From: a virus
Taxonomy: Duplodnaviria; Caudoviricetes
Virus record (IMG/VR): IMGVR_UViG_2744054987_000003
Coordinates: 32,001-96,000 of that record
DNA length: 64,000 bases
Direction: 5' to 3' (one strand)
Positions 36,941-46,452 of this stretch are shown here, piece after piece; within the stretch, counting starts at the first letter, position 1, and each line of letters begins with the position of its first letter. The position numbers and the translations under genes are program-made. The notes beneath the pieces were generated by a model. That model was not told where the DNA came from, made no database searches, and was given only the letters and a program-made list of their open reading frames with translations.

Positions 36941-37329
36941 CAGACATTGCCTCTCGCCATTTCTACCAACTCCACAAAATCATCGAGACCGACCACCACA
37001 ACGTCGGTGGGCTTAGCCTCGCCTCGCGGCCACATGCGGATGGGCATGATGAAACGCTTACCTGCCTCAGCGGCTTTGGCCTGCCACTGATTCCAGAACT
37101 TTCGTCCGATGCTGTAGCTGATCTTCTCGGTGAGCTTGGCGTCGAGCAGCAAGGCGAACGAGCTGTCCTGGGGATGACTGTTGTCCACGGCATCGCCGGG
37201 GGCCTGCCACCGCGCGCCGGAGGCCGGAGTGGAGTCCAGGCCAAGACGTTCTTGGAGGTCGCGCTCCCACTGCTCCCACGTGGGTATCCTGATCGTCACT
37301 CCTGAACCCCCAGGGGGCCGGGCTGCCAT
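36940..37329 (-). CDS. PD-(D/E)XK nuclease, resolvase-like
   Basis: WE...PASGA...GD...DAK; start uncertain. Confidence 0.65.
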   Translation of the reverse strand: MAARPPGGSGVTIRIPTWEQWERDLQERLGLDSTPASGARWQAPGDAVDNSHPQDSSFALLLDAKLTEKISYSIGRKFWNQWQAKAAEAGKRFIMPIRMWPRGEAKPTDVVVVGLDDFVELVEMARGNV

Positions 37330-37494
37330 TCCTTGATCTCAGCAAGTGACTCCGAAGCCAGGTCAAGGTGCCGCAATGCGGCGTTAGCCGAGCGTGGCAG
37401 ATCCAAGTTGCGTGCTAGTCGCTGAAGTCGTGGTCGCAAACGGACCAGCTCACGCACCAGCTCAGCTGCCTCGGCATCGCGGTTGTACGGGAGC

Positions 37495-37788
37495 CTAGTC
37501 ATTCGGCACCTTTCCGCTGCCTTTGCAATGCGAACAGTCACGGGTGTTGTTGAGGAGGTCTTCGATGCGGGCCAGAGGAGGACGACGCGGATCGTATGGG
37601 GGAGCCACGACGATGCCTGACCAGTGAAGGTCTCCTTTGCGCAGGCTGACCCACCAGGCCATAGCCAGGGGATCGTAGCCCTGGTTCGCGAGTTCTGTCG
37701 GCGACAGTTTTTCGGCCCACTCGATCTCATTGAATCGGACGCCGGTCCAGTAGACGATCTCTTTGTACTGGGTGGGGACGCTACTCAT
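37495..37788 (-). CDS. Hypothetical protein with C-terminal CxxCxGxG
   Basis: MSSVPTQY...CSHCKGSG. Confidence 0.6.
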   Translation of the reverse strand: MSSVPTQYKEIVYWTGVRFNEIEWAEKLSPTELANQGYDPLAMAWWVSLRKGDLHWSGIVVAPPYDPRRPPLARIEDLLNNTRDCSHCKGSGKVPND

Positions 37789-38899
37789 CGGCAGCCTCTT
37801 TGAAGACGTTGCCGTAGCCAGCCGAAGGCTCGTCGGGGATGTCGGTGTCAGGATCGCTGATGGGCGCGACCTGATCGGCAACGTCGCCCAGTCGGGCCAT
37901 GACTTCACTGCGCAGCGTGGCGAACAGACTGTCGTCGTCGCGGATCGTGTCTTGCAATCGATCTTTCGACTGGATCTTGCCGTCCGGCAGCGCCGGATGG
38001 AAATACCAGGCTCCCTTGCGTTCAATGACGTTGGTCAGCAGCGACAGACGCACGATCTCATCCATGGTGTCAATGCCGAAGGCGTACCTGTCAGTCGGGA
38101 TATTGAAGAACCACCAGCTGGCAGTGCGTCCAGGCGGCGCGCAGCCGTTTTTGATGACCTTGCCTTTGATTTCCTGACCGACCTGAACATCCTCGCCGTT
38201 GATCTTGTCGTGGACTTTGCCCTGGCCTCGCTTGAGCACGACCGACTGCGTGACAGCATGCTTCCAGGCCATGCCGCCAGGCCGGATGGTGCGATGCAGT
38301 CCAGCCATATCCTCACGGACCTGATTGACGCCAATTGTCAAGCAATTGAAGACATTACTGTGGCTCGCAGCCAGACGTGCAAAGCGCCCCACTCCAATGG
38401 CATTGCCGCCCATGACGCCGATCTCAGCTGACTTGTTGACTGCCTGCATACTTGGCGCACCACCGATGGAATCAAGCACCGCGATGCACACCGTGCCCGT
38501 GGAAACCGCCGAAACATACATGTCCGAGGCGGACTCGATGTGCAGCGGCTGCATCAAAACGATGCGATCCATCAACTCCTCACCGATCATCTGCGCGGCC
38601 CACGTCATGTCGATCTTGTGCTCCAAGTCGAGGTAGACCGCGCATCGATCAGGCTGCGCCAGTAGGAAGGTGCGCACCGTAAGCATGGCAAGGGTGCTCT
38701 TGCCGACGTGTTCTCCTCCGGCAATCTCCACCACGCGATTGGTCGGCCAGCCGCCGTTGCCTAGTGCGAAGTCCAGCGCCAGCGAGCCGGATGACTCAAA
38801 GCTACGAGAGTCTTGAAGGTCTGATGCCATGCCGATCTTGGCATCATCGCCGAACTGCTTCTTGAGTCCAGCCAGCAGCTTATCTGCGGTAGCAGTCAT
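37781..38899 (-). CDS. recA: RecA-like recombinase
   Basis: SGSLALDFALG, GGEHVGKST Walker A, VLDS, NQVRE, PGG.A.KH, KN..APP, GAWY. Confidence 0.93.
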   Translation of the reverse strand: MTATADKLLAGLKKQFGDDAKIGMASDLQDSRSFESSGSLALDFALGNGGWPTNRVVEIAGGEHVGKSTLAMLTVRTFLLAQPDRCAVYLDLEHKIDMTWAAQMIGEELMDRIVLMQPLHIESASDMYVSAVSTGTVCIAVLDSIGGAPSMQAVNKSAEIGVMGGNAIGVGRFARLAASHSNVFNCLTIGVNQVREDMAGLHRTIRPGGMAWKHAVTQSVVLKRGQGKVHDKINGEDVQVGQEIKGKVIKNGCAPPGRTASWWFFNIPTDRYAFGIDTMDEIVRLSLLTNVIERKGAWYFHPALPDGKIQSKDRLQDTIRDDDSLFATLRSEVMARLGDVADQVAPISDPDTDIPDEPSAGYGNVFKEAADE

Positions 38900-38917
38900 T
38901 GCATGTTCTCCCGTACG

Positions 38918-41900
38918 TCAGCTAGCCTGCGCAAACAGTAAATCGAGCCGCTCCAACGATGCCAGATGCACACCGCGTGAGTCGCGGATGCAGGTACAGG
39001 CCACTGGAACGCCTTCCTTGACAAGAGATTTAACTCCCACCCATGTATCGTTAAATATTGTGACGTCGAAATCTGCACCGTTGTAGGTGATTCCGATGAA
39101 CGCCATCTCTTGACCTTTACTGCGCCCGTTTTTGACGATGTGGCGTTTCACCTTGCTGACCTGTCCGCCGACGATCACGATGTCTCCGGTGGTGTAGCTG
39201 TCGATGTCGGAGGGGTCTTTGATGGCCACGGCTTCAATAGCAGGTATGTACGGCTCCATGGGGTCGACCAGGATGAAGTTCCCGGCCAGCTCCTGCTCGA
39301 TGCCGAACACCACGTCGGGATTGGAGAAATCAGGAACTCCGAACTCGGCATCAAACCACTTCCTGCCTTTCTGCTCAAGGCGTTTGGCGTAGAGCATGGC
39401 GATGTGATCTGCACGTTGCTGGTCGTCCATCTTGGCGCGCTTGCCTTCGGCAACGTCCATCCACAGTCGGTAATCGTTGTGCTGCTGCATCAACCGGCTA
39501 CGACAGCCTGGCACCCAGTCGCCGTCGCGGGCGGGATCGTATTCAATCGAGTCGAACGCACCGATGCTGATGAGGTTGCGCACCACTGTCTTGTTGACCG
39601 CCCATCCCGTGGCGCGGTTCAGGTAGTCGGTGAAGTCGGTGTAGGGGCGCGTCTTGAGGATCGCCTTGACCGCAGCGTTGCCGACACTGCGGATCGAGTC
39701 AATGCCGTACCGGATGGCGTCACCATCGATAGTGAACTTCTGGCCGCTCTTGTTGATGTCAGGCGGCAACACCTTGATGCCACGGCGGCGGGCTTCGCGG
39801 ATATAGCGGGTGAGTTGCTTGGCGTCGGTAGCCATGAGCGCGACCAGATATTCCTGCGGGTAGTAGTGCTTGACCCATACCTCCCAAGTGGATAACACTG
39901 CATATCCAACAGCGTGACTTTTATTGAATGCGTACCTTCCGCTGGCATTAATTGATGCCCAAATTTTAGTGATTACCTTGCTGGCCTTTTTGTCGTCGCC
40001 ACCAAGCGGGTCCATGAACGCCGGATTGTTCAGACATCCCTGCCGAAACTTGTCGGCGGTGCCGTCGATCTGCTCCTGGAGCTTCTTGCCCAGCGCCTTA
40101 CGGAGATCGTCGGCCTCGGCCCCGGTGAACCCGGCGAGCGACTGCGCGGCAAACATCAGCTGTTCCTGGTAAACGAGGACGCCGTAGGTCTCGTCGGTGA
40201 TTGGCTCCATCAGTGGGTGGTCATAGATCACCGGTGTTTGTCCGGCGCGACGCAGCAGGTATTCGTCCATGAGTCCTGCGTCCTTGACGCCGGGCCGGAT
40301 GATCGAGATGAGCGCGGCGACGTCGACTTCGTTGCGGGGCTTGAGGACTTCGGCGGTCTTGGAGGCCAGTGGGGATTCGACTTGGAAGATGCCGGTGGTC
40401 TGTCCACGGTCGATCTGATCCCAAATAGCAGGGTCGGACATCTGCTCGTCACCGAAGGTCGAGAAGTCCAGCATGACGCCGTGCCGTTCGTGAATGAGCC
40501 GCCGGGCATGATCGAGAGTGTCGAGATGCCGGATACCCAAGAGGTCGAACTTGCAGCCGCCGAGCGCTTCGATGTCCCACATGTCGAACTGGGTGGTGGT
40601 GACCTCATTGCGGCGGCGCATCGGCACCAGACCTTGCAACGGGGTGCCGTTGATGAGGATGCCGGAGGGATGCACGCCGGATTGACGTGCCAGTCCGATC
40701 ATCTCACCGAGTTTCTCGAACAGCGGCGGGTAGCGCTTGGCCCACGGAGCCAGGTCGCCGCCCTTCTCGGACAACACTTCATCCCAGCTCATGTCATCGA
40801 CGTCGTCGTCATCGCCGACAACCTCACCAGCTGCCTCACGTTCGGCAGCCACCAACGCAGCAGCCTGCTCGACGATCTTGCTCATCGCTTCGATGTCAGC
40901 ATGCGGAATATCCTGGCCGGTGCCGGACCACTCTTTGTACTTGCGCGCTAGGTCTTTGAGCATCCCCTTGGGGCCGTTGCGGCTGACGGTTCCCAGCGTG
41001 CAGACATGATCTGCTCCCCAACGCGCCTCCAGATAACCCTTGAGATCCGGGCGAAGTGACTGCGGGAAGTCGACATCGATGTCGGGCATAGACTTTCGTG
41101 CCGGGTTCATAAACCGCTCGAAGATCAGCCCGTAGCGGATGGGGTCGACGGTGGTGATGCCCAGCAGATAGGAGATCAGGCATCCGCCCGCGCTGCCACG
41201 GCTGGGGCCGGTGATCATGGGGTGCGATGGAGCACCGGGGTCCACGTAGTGCTTCCAGCTGCCGTCATGTGCTGCTCGGACGTAGTCCTGCACCACCAGA
41301 AAGTAACCCGCGTAGGAACGCTCCACGATGAGTTGCGCTTCGGTCTCCATACGCTGGTAGTAGGCTTCAGCATCCAGTCCGGCGTCGATCACCTTGGATT
41401 TGAAGCCGGACTCGATGAGCGAGATGAATGCGGCGATGTCGTCGTGGTCTGAACCGGAGTAGGTGGGCAGTTCCAGGGAGGGCTTGACTTCGGCGGTGCA
41501 CGACATGGCGATGTCGTGGGAGTTCTTGATCGCTTCCGCGACAACGTCGTCGGCAACGCCGTGACGGCGCATCCAGTAGTACAGCTCGTCATCACCCATG
41601 AGGTGGTCGGCCTTCTGGCCGTAGTCCTGCTGATCGTTGTTCTTCTTAGTGCCGAGCTGCCACATCAGCTCCTTGTTGACCCAGTCCTCCGGGCGTGCGT
41701 GATGGGAATCGTTGACGACGACCAGCGGAACTCCCAGCTCATTGGCGATGCGTACTTTGGCCTGGTTGATGTCGGTCATCAGCGCGTTGAGTCGGCGTTG
41801 CTCAGTGGTTTGCGCGTCGATGTACTGCCAGGTATGCAACTCCACATAGAAGTTGTCGCCGAAGATGTCGAGCAACGTGGCAACGAACCGACGTGCAGCC

Positions 41901-42364
41901 TCGTCATCGCCCGCCTCGACGGCGCGCCCCAGGCCGGTCATCATGCACCCATCGCTGGCGAAAACCCCCTCGGAGTGCTCGCGCATCAACGCGGGGTCGA
42001 GCATGGGTCGGTGGTAGAAGTGCTTGGCGTCGTAAGCAATCGACGACATGGCCCACAAATTCTCCAGGCCGCGCTGGTCCTTGGCGAGCAGACAAATGTG
42101 GGACAGGTCTTTGGGGTACTTCTTCGCCGCGCGGGCCGCAGCAATGTCGTGATGCCAGTAGCTTTCTATACCTAGCACCGACTTCACGCCGTGCTCGTTG
42201 CACGCCTTCTGGAAGGCCAGGTGTTGGTTGCATTCGCCGTGGTCTGTGATGGCCGCAGCGTCCTGTCCCAGTTCTTTGGCGCGTGTGGCGATCTCGTCGA
42301 CTTTAGCGTAGCCGTCGAGGTGGCTGCCTTCGCTGTGCTGGTGAAGATTACATTGCCTACTCAC
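38918..42364 (-). CDS. dnaE: DNA polymerase III alpha subunit
   Basis: PHP domain HQHSEGSHLDG/TDHG; RGSAGG, PDIDVDF, KFDLLG, YAFNKSHA; C-terminal OB fold. Confidence 0.97.
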   Translation of the reverse strand: MSRQCNLHQHSEGSHLDGYAKVDEIATRAKELGQDAAAITDHGECNQHLAFQKACNEHGVKSVLGIESYWHHDIAAARAAKKYPKDLSHICLLAKDQRGLENLWAMSSIAYDAKHFYHRPMLDPALMREHSEGVFASDGCMMTGLGRAVEAGDDEAARRFVATLLDIFGDNFYVELHTWQYIDAQTTEQRRLNALMTDINQAKVRIANELGVPLVVVNDSHHARPEDWVNKELMWQLGTKKNNDQQDYGQKADHLMGDDELYYWMRRHGVADDVVAEAIKNSHDIAMSCTAEVKPSLELPTYSGSDHDDIAAFISLIESGFKSKVIDAGLDAEAYYQRMETEAQLIVERSYAGYFLVVQDYVRAAHDGSWKHYVDPGAPSHPMITGPSRGSAGGCLISYLLGITTVDPIRYGLIFERFMNPARKSMPDIDVDFPQSLRPDLKGYLEARWGADHVCTLGTVSRNGPKGMLKDLARKYKEWSGTGQDIPHADIEAMSKIVEQAAALVAAEREAAGEVVGDDDDVDDMSWDEVLSEKGGDLAPWAKRYPPLFEKLGEMIGLARQSGVHPSGILINGTPLQGLVPMRRRNEVTTTQFDMWDIEALGGCKFDLLGIRHLDTLDHARRLIHERHGVMLDFSTFGDEQMSDPAIWDQIDRGQTTGIFQVESPLASKTAEVLKPRNEVDVAALISIIRPGVKDAGLMDEYLLRRAGQTPVIYDHPLMEPITDETYGVLVYQEQLMFAAQSLAGFTGAEADDLRKALGKKLQEQIDGTADKFRQGCLNNPAFMDPLGGDDKKASKVITKIWASINASGRYAFNKSHAVGYAVLSTWEVWVKHYYPQEYLVALMATDAKQLTRYIREARRRGIKVLPPDINKSGQKFTIDGDAIRYGIDSIRSVGNAAVKAILKTRPYTDFTDYLNRATGWAVNKTVVRNLISIGAFDSIEYDPARDGDWVPGCRSRLMQQHNDYRLWMDVAEGKRAKMDDQQRADHIAMLYAKRLEQKGRKWFDAEFGVPDFSNPDVVFGIEQELAGNFILVDPMEPYIPAIEAVAIKDPSDIDSYTTGDIVIVGGQVSKVKRHIVKNGRSKGQEMAFIGITYNGADFDVTIFNDTWVGVKSLVKEGVPVACTCIRDSRGVHLASLERLDLLFAQAS

Positions 42365-42365
42365 G

Positions 42366-43541
42366 CTAGCGAACTGCTTCCGGTTTCAGCGAGCCGTGCT
42401 CAGAGATGTGTTTGATGATTCGTCGCCAGGCATAATCCTGCCCTCGCGCAGTCAGCTTGCCCGTTGCGTAAGCATGACCGTTCTCAGAGACGCCCTTGGG
42501 GGTTCGTGCGAGACCACGTTTCTCTGCCTGCGCGGTGGCGTGGCCAGAATCAGACCGTGCACCGCGAACGAACAGGCCGATGCGTCCAAGAAAGTCATAG
42601 ACATCCTCGTGGAGGATGCTGATGCCCTGCTCCCTGCCCCACGCCTGGACCTCCCGTGCGAACTGCTGGCGATGGATCAAAGAGTCCGAATCAGCGTGCG
42701 CTCTTGCCTTAGCCACCAGCGGTGCATCGTGCTCAATGGTTTCGGTGAGGCAGAGATTGATCGCCTCAGCGGCCTCGATCTGCTTGTCCTTCTCGGCCAA
42801 CATCTCTGCGGCATCCTGCAAAGCAAGAGCGAAGCGCTCCTCGCGAGTCTGCGGCGCAACGGCGGCAACTTCTGCTTGACGAGTGCGAACCGCAAAGTAA
42901 GTCTTTCCCGCTGCAACCTCAGGCTTCTTGCCGTCGCACGACATAACCACCATGTAGCAGGCGTACCGAGTCAGATGGACGTCAAGCACATGACGCTTGG
43001 CTCCCTTGCCTGCGCCGATCTCCTTACTGCTCTCGGTAAATTGATCCTGAGCTGCGACGATCTCGGCAGCACGCATCGCCTCAAAGATGCACCGACTGAA
43101 ATTCTGCCACTTGTCGTAGCCCAGCGGCCCCATCAGATCACGCGCCGACCAGTACTCCGTGCCGTCTTCGCGCAGTCTGCGGATGCTGTCAAAAGGAGAA
43201 CCCGCATTCGCCGTCAGTGCAAGCTCTCGTGCGACGCCCTCACATGCCGCACACCATTCGCGTGGCGACAGAGCGGAGGTCTCTCCATGACACTGCTGAC
43301 AGACAAACTCAGGCACTGCTGCCCCCTCTTGGTGAGCACGGTTCATCCGCTTGAGTCGTGCAAGTTCGTTCTTGCGAGAACGCCAGTCCGAAGGCGAAAA
43401 CGAAATGGTGCTGTGGTCGCCGGTCTCAGGATTGTGCAGTCTGATGTGTCCGTTGGCGCAGTGAGAGTCGAATTGGAATCCCAGCTTCTCGGCCTCTTGC
43501 AGGAACTCACGCAGCGGCCCTTTAATGCGTTTGGTCGTCAT
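42366..43541 (-). CDS. HicA-like + zinc finger + BRO-N/DinD + KilAC antirepressor-type protein
   Basis: GHIRL...SPSDWR N-terminus; YWSARDLM..LGY.KWQNF; YFAVRTRQAE; TGKLTARGQ. Confidence 0.75.
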   Translation of the reverse strand: MTTKRIKGPLREFLQEAEKLGFQFDSHCANGHIRLHNPETGDHSTISFSPSDWRSRKNELARLKRMNRAHQEGAAVPEFVCQQCHGETSALSPREWCAACEGVARELALTANAGSPFDSIRRLREDGTEYWSARDLMGPLGYDKWQNFSRCIFEAMRAAEIVAAQDQFTESSKEIGAGKGAKRHVLDVHLTRYACYMVVMSCDGKKPEVAAGKTYFAVRTRQAEVAAVAPQTREERFALALQDAAEMLAEKDKQIEAAEAINLCLTETIEHDAPLVAKARAHADSDSLIHRQQFAREVQAWGREQGISILHEDVYDFLGRIGLFVRGARSDSGHATAQAEKRGLARTPKGVSENGHAYATGKLTARGQDYAWRRIIKHISEHGSLKPEAVR

Positions 43542-44020
43542 TGTGTGATCGCTTTCGGGAAGTAGTCCGGCAGCATGGGCGGGACGGTGTTGTTTTCGTA
43601 GGCTTCAGCGATGCGGGGCACAACGGTGTCCCCGACTGTCTGGCCGTTGGGTAGCACGATGTGGCTCAAGAACTCGCTGTCGAACTGCGAGATACCGGAT
43701 TCGACGGCTTCGAGCTTAGCCTTGATGACCAGCGCCAGTGCGCGCCAACGCTGCCGCACCGCCTTCTCGTAGGCGTCTTCTTGTTGCGCTGCGGTGCGCC
43801 GGGTGCCGCGTGCGGGTGTGTGGGTGAACTCCCGTGCATTGCGGTCGGGCATAGAGACCACGAACCGGACCTGCCTGCTTCGCATCTGAAAGTTGACGAT
43901 GGCCTGGTTCGTGGTCTCTCCCCAGATAAGCTGGTCGGCTCCCCAACGCTGAAGTATGCGTCGGATCTCTGCCATCGACTTATCCGTGCTGACCGTTGTG
44001 TCGGCAGCGTAGGTTGCCAC
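43538..44020 (-). CDS. Conserved phage hypothetical protein (160 aa)
   Basis: RQRWRALALVIKAKLEAVESGI pattern. Confidence 0.75.
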   Translation of the reverse strand: MATYAADTTVSTDKSMAEIRRILQRWGADQLIWGETTNQAIVNFQMRSRQVRFVVSMPDRNAREFTHTPARGTRRTAAQQEDAYEKAVRQRWRALALVIKAKLEAVESGISQFDSEFLSHIVLPNGQTVGDTVVPRIAEAYENNTVPPMLPDYFPKAITQ

Positions 44021-44028
44021 GGCGGCTG

Positions 44029-44982
44029 TTAAGCCTTCTGCGCCTGCGGGGCGTGCGGCATCAACTTCGCACGGAGACTGGCGAAGTCAGTGCCGGTCGG
44101 CGGTGCGACCTGCGGAGCAGCCTGAGCCTCGTCGGGAGTCGAAGTGTCACTGAAGGCGGGTGCCGACGGGGACGACTGAGCGAAAGCCGGAGCATCAGCG
44201 GGGTTGCCGTTGACCGGCGGCTCGTCGGCCTTGGGGAGCAACCAGAACTTGGCACGCTCCTCGCTGGAATGATAGTCGGCCCACTCGTGAAGTGTCTGCG
44301 GGCAGAACAGGAACCGCTCGGGATCGTCGTCGTTCCATTCCCGACCGTAGCCGTAGAACTCCTGAACGACCTTGAGGTCGCGCAGCTCGTCGACGGGGTC
44401 GACCGGCACGATGCGGTACTCGGTGTGCTTGTCGGCCCCGACGCGCTCGATCGAGTAGTCGCGATCGCAGATGGTGCCGTAGAGACCGTGGTATCCGATC
44501 AGGCTGTTCCAGAAGTTCTTGAGTCCCTGGGTGATCAGCCCAAAATTGCGGGACTTGAAAGATTCGCCTTTGAAGTCGATGTCCTCGATCAGGTCCACGA
44601 CGTCGAATCCGCCACCCTGACGGGGAACCAGTTGCCGCTCGACGGCGACGACAACGCCCTTCTTGACGGGCTTGTGTTCGGAGGGCTGCTTGGTGCGGTA
44701 GTCCATGCGCCAGCCCAGGCCGCCGCCGACCTCCGGCGAGGGGGTGGCGTACTTGGTGACGAAGTCGCCCTTGTCGGGGTCGATGATGAACGACTTGGTC
44801 TTGCCGTCGTTGGTGACGATGAACTCGTGGAAGTCCGCGATGATCGGGTCATCGGTCAGGAACCGGACGATCTTGCGGTCCTTGTCTTTCCAGCTGAGGT
44901 AACCCAGAGAGCCGCCGGAGAAGTCGCCGCGATTCTTGGCGTCGTCGATCGTCTGCTTGAGGTGCGCGAATCCGCTTTGCAT
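44029..44982 (-). CDS. Probable gp32-like single-stranded DNA-binding protein
   Basis: KIVRFL, DRDYSIER.G...TEY pattern; position between primase and DnaE. Confidence 0.65.
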   Translation of the reverse strand: MQSGFAHLKQTIDDAKNRGDFSGGSLGYLSWKDKDRKIVRFLTDDPIIADFHEFIVTNDGKTKSFIIDPDKGDFVTKYATPSPEVGGGLGWRMDYRTKQPSEHKPVKKGVVVAVERQLVPRQGGGFDVVDLIEDIDFKGESFKSRNFGLITQGLKNFWNSLIGYHGLYGTICDRDYSIERVGADKHTEYRIVPVDPVDELRDLKVVQEFYGYGREWNDDDPERFLFCPQTLHEWADYHSSEERAKFWLLPKADEPPVNGNPADAPAFAQSSPSAPAFSDTSTPDEAQAAPQVAPPTGTDFASLRAKLMPHAPQAQKA

Positions 44983-45106
44983 GTCACGTCTTTCGTCAGA
45001 GAGTTTCTAATTACGTTAGCCCGATTCTCGTGTGTGGCTACCTCTGAGGCTACCCGCGACGCCAGCAATACGCAAGCAAGTGACTAAACGAATAGAAGAT
45101 GTCTAA

Positions 45107-45391
45107 TCAAAGGGGGAGACGTTCGGGGGGCACGCCGCCAGCAGTGAGCCGGGCACGGACCTGCTGCACGCGGGCGCGGTGTTCGCGTTCGCGATCTTCG
45201 CGAGCGGCACGATGCTCGGACATTGCTGCGGCCATCGCATCGCCGACACGATCGACGCAGATCAGCTGTGAATGTCCCTGGGGAAACCGGTCGCACGGCG
45301 GGTGATGCACCAACCGGTCACCGTTGTCGAGCACAGTCTCGGTGATCTCTGTGGCAGCCTTCTTGCGTCGGCTGCCGCGCTTGGTTGCCAT
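45107..45391 (-). CDS. Hypothetical protein (94 aa)
   Basis: AGGAGG RBS; TAATG coupling. Confidence 0.65.
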   Translation of the reverse strand: MATKRGSRRKKAATEITETVLDNGDRLVHHPPCDRFPQGHSQLICVDRVGDAMAAAMSEHRAAREDREREHRARVQQVRARLTAGGVPPERLPL

Positions 45392-46452
45392 TATCGCCTC
45401 CTACCTTTTGGGGGCAACACCAGCGATGCGGGCCATGCCTGGGCGAGTTTGGCCAGCACTTCGTCTTGCGTGATGCAATCGCCAAGGTCGTGATTCTCAT
45501 CAGGAGGGACCACTCGGACATCGACGTGGCGACGATAGAGCGCCTCGGTGATCTTGCGAGAGCCAGCGTATCCAGCCGGGTCGGCGTCGAACCAGACGTA
45601 GACCGAATCGAAGTTCGCGAGCAGGTCGATCTGGCGTTTAGACACCTTGGCACCGAAGGTGGCCACCACATTGGTGAACCCCATCGACACGGCCTTGGCC
45701 ACCGACATCGGCGACTCGACGACGACCGCGTGGCGCTGCTGGCGCACAGCGTCATAGTGATACAGCGTCACCGATTTGGGCAGGCCGGGAGAGTTGCGGT
45801 ACTTGGGCCAGTCGGGCACGGTGCCGGGCCAGCCGTGTCTGGCGGGGATGGTGCGTTTCTGCCAGCCCAGCAGCTGACCGTCGGCGTAGTGGGGGAATAC
45901 GACGCGGTTCTCTGCGGGGTCGTAGCCGATCTGAAGTTCGTTGATGGCCTCCAGACTGATGCCGCGTTCTTCGTAGAGGTAGGGGTGAGCTACAGCCCAC
46001 GGCTTGAGCACGCGGGGATGGTAGGTGGGAGGGTCGAAAACCTCCCCGGTGTCACTGCTGAACAGAGTCTCCAGCTCGGACAGGAAAGCAGTCTTCTCGA
46101 CGGTCGTGCCGACGAGAAAGTTGCTGATGACGGGCAGAGCTTCGGCGACGTCCTCTTTGTGCTCCAGCAAGGCGATGAGGTGCATGAGATCCCCGGCCCA
46201 GCCCATGGCGTAGCAGCAGTAGAGCTTCTTTTCGACGTTGAGGCACGCGCTAGGCGAAGCATCTCCATTGGTGTGGTGTGGATGCACCCGGTCGATGAGG
46301 CAGGAGTGCACGATCTCGGTAGTGCCCTCCGAACCGGCGATCTCGCTGCGATTCTCGGCGTCGTAATAGTCCAGCACCGCACGCGGGTCCAGGCGTCGGC
46401 GGTACTCACGGTAGAGCTGCTGGTTGGCTAGCTCCGCTAACCCGACCTTCAT
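45391..46452 (-). CDS. DNA primase (Zn-binding + TOPRIM)
   Basis: HSC...H..GD..PS, PKYRNS, VVES, FDAD.AG. Confidence 0.9.
   Translation of the reverse strand: MKVGLAELANQQLYREYRRRLDPRAVLDYYDAENRSEIAGSEGTTEIVHSCLIDRVHPHHTNGDASPSACLNVEKKLYCCYAMGWAGDLMHLIALLEHKEDVAEALPVISNFLVGTTVEKTAFLSELETLFSSDTGEVFDPPTYHPRVLKPWAVAHPYLYEERGISLEAINELQIGYDPAENRVVFPHYADGQLLGWQKRTIPARHGWPGTVPDWPKYRNSPGLPKSVTLYHYDAVRQQRHAVVVESPMSVAKAVSMGFTNVVATFGAKVSKRQIDLLANFDSVYVWFDADPAGYAGSRKITEALYRRHVDVRVVPPDENHDLGDCITQDEVLAKLAQAWPASLVLPPKGRRR

Noticed and set aside
38918-42364. Intein or intron in dnaE (also checked recA and dnaB)
   Set aside because: Lengths are ordinary; no C...HN splice motifs or LAGLIDADG blocks seen.
42396-46431. 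Long plus-strand ORFs (42396-43565, 43996-45087, 45385-46431)
   Set aside because: Antisense shadows of well-supported minus-strand genes, expected in high-GC DNA.
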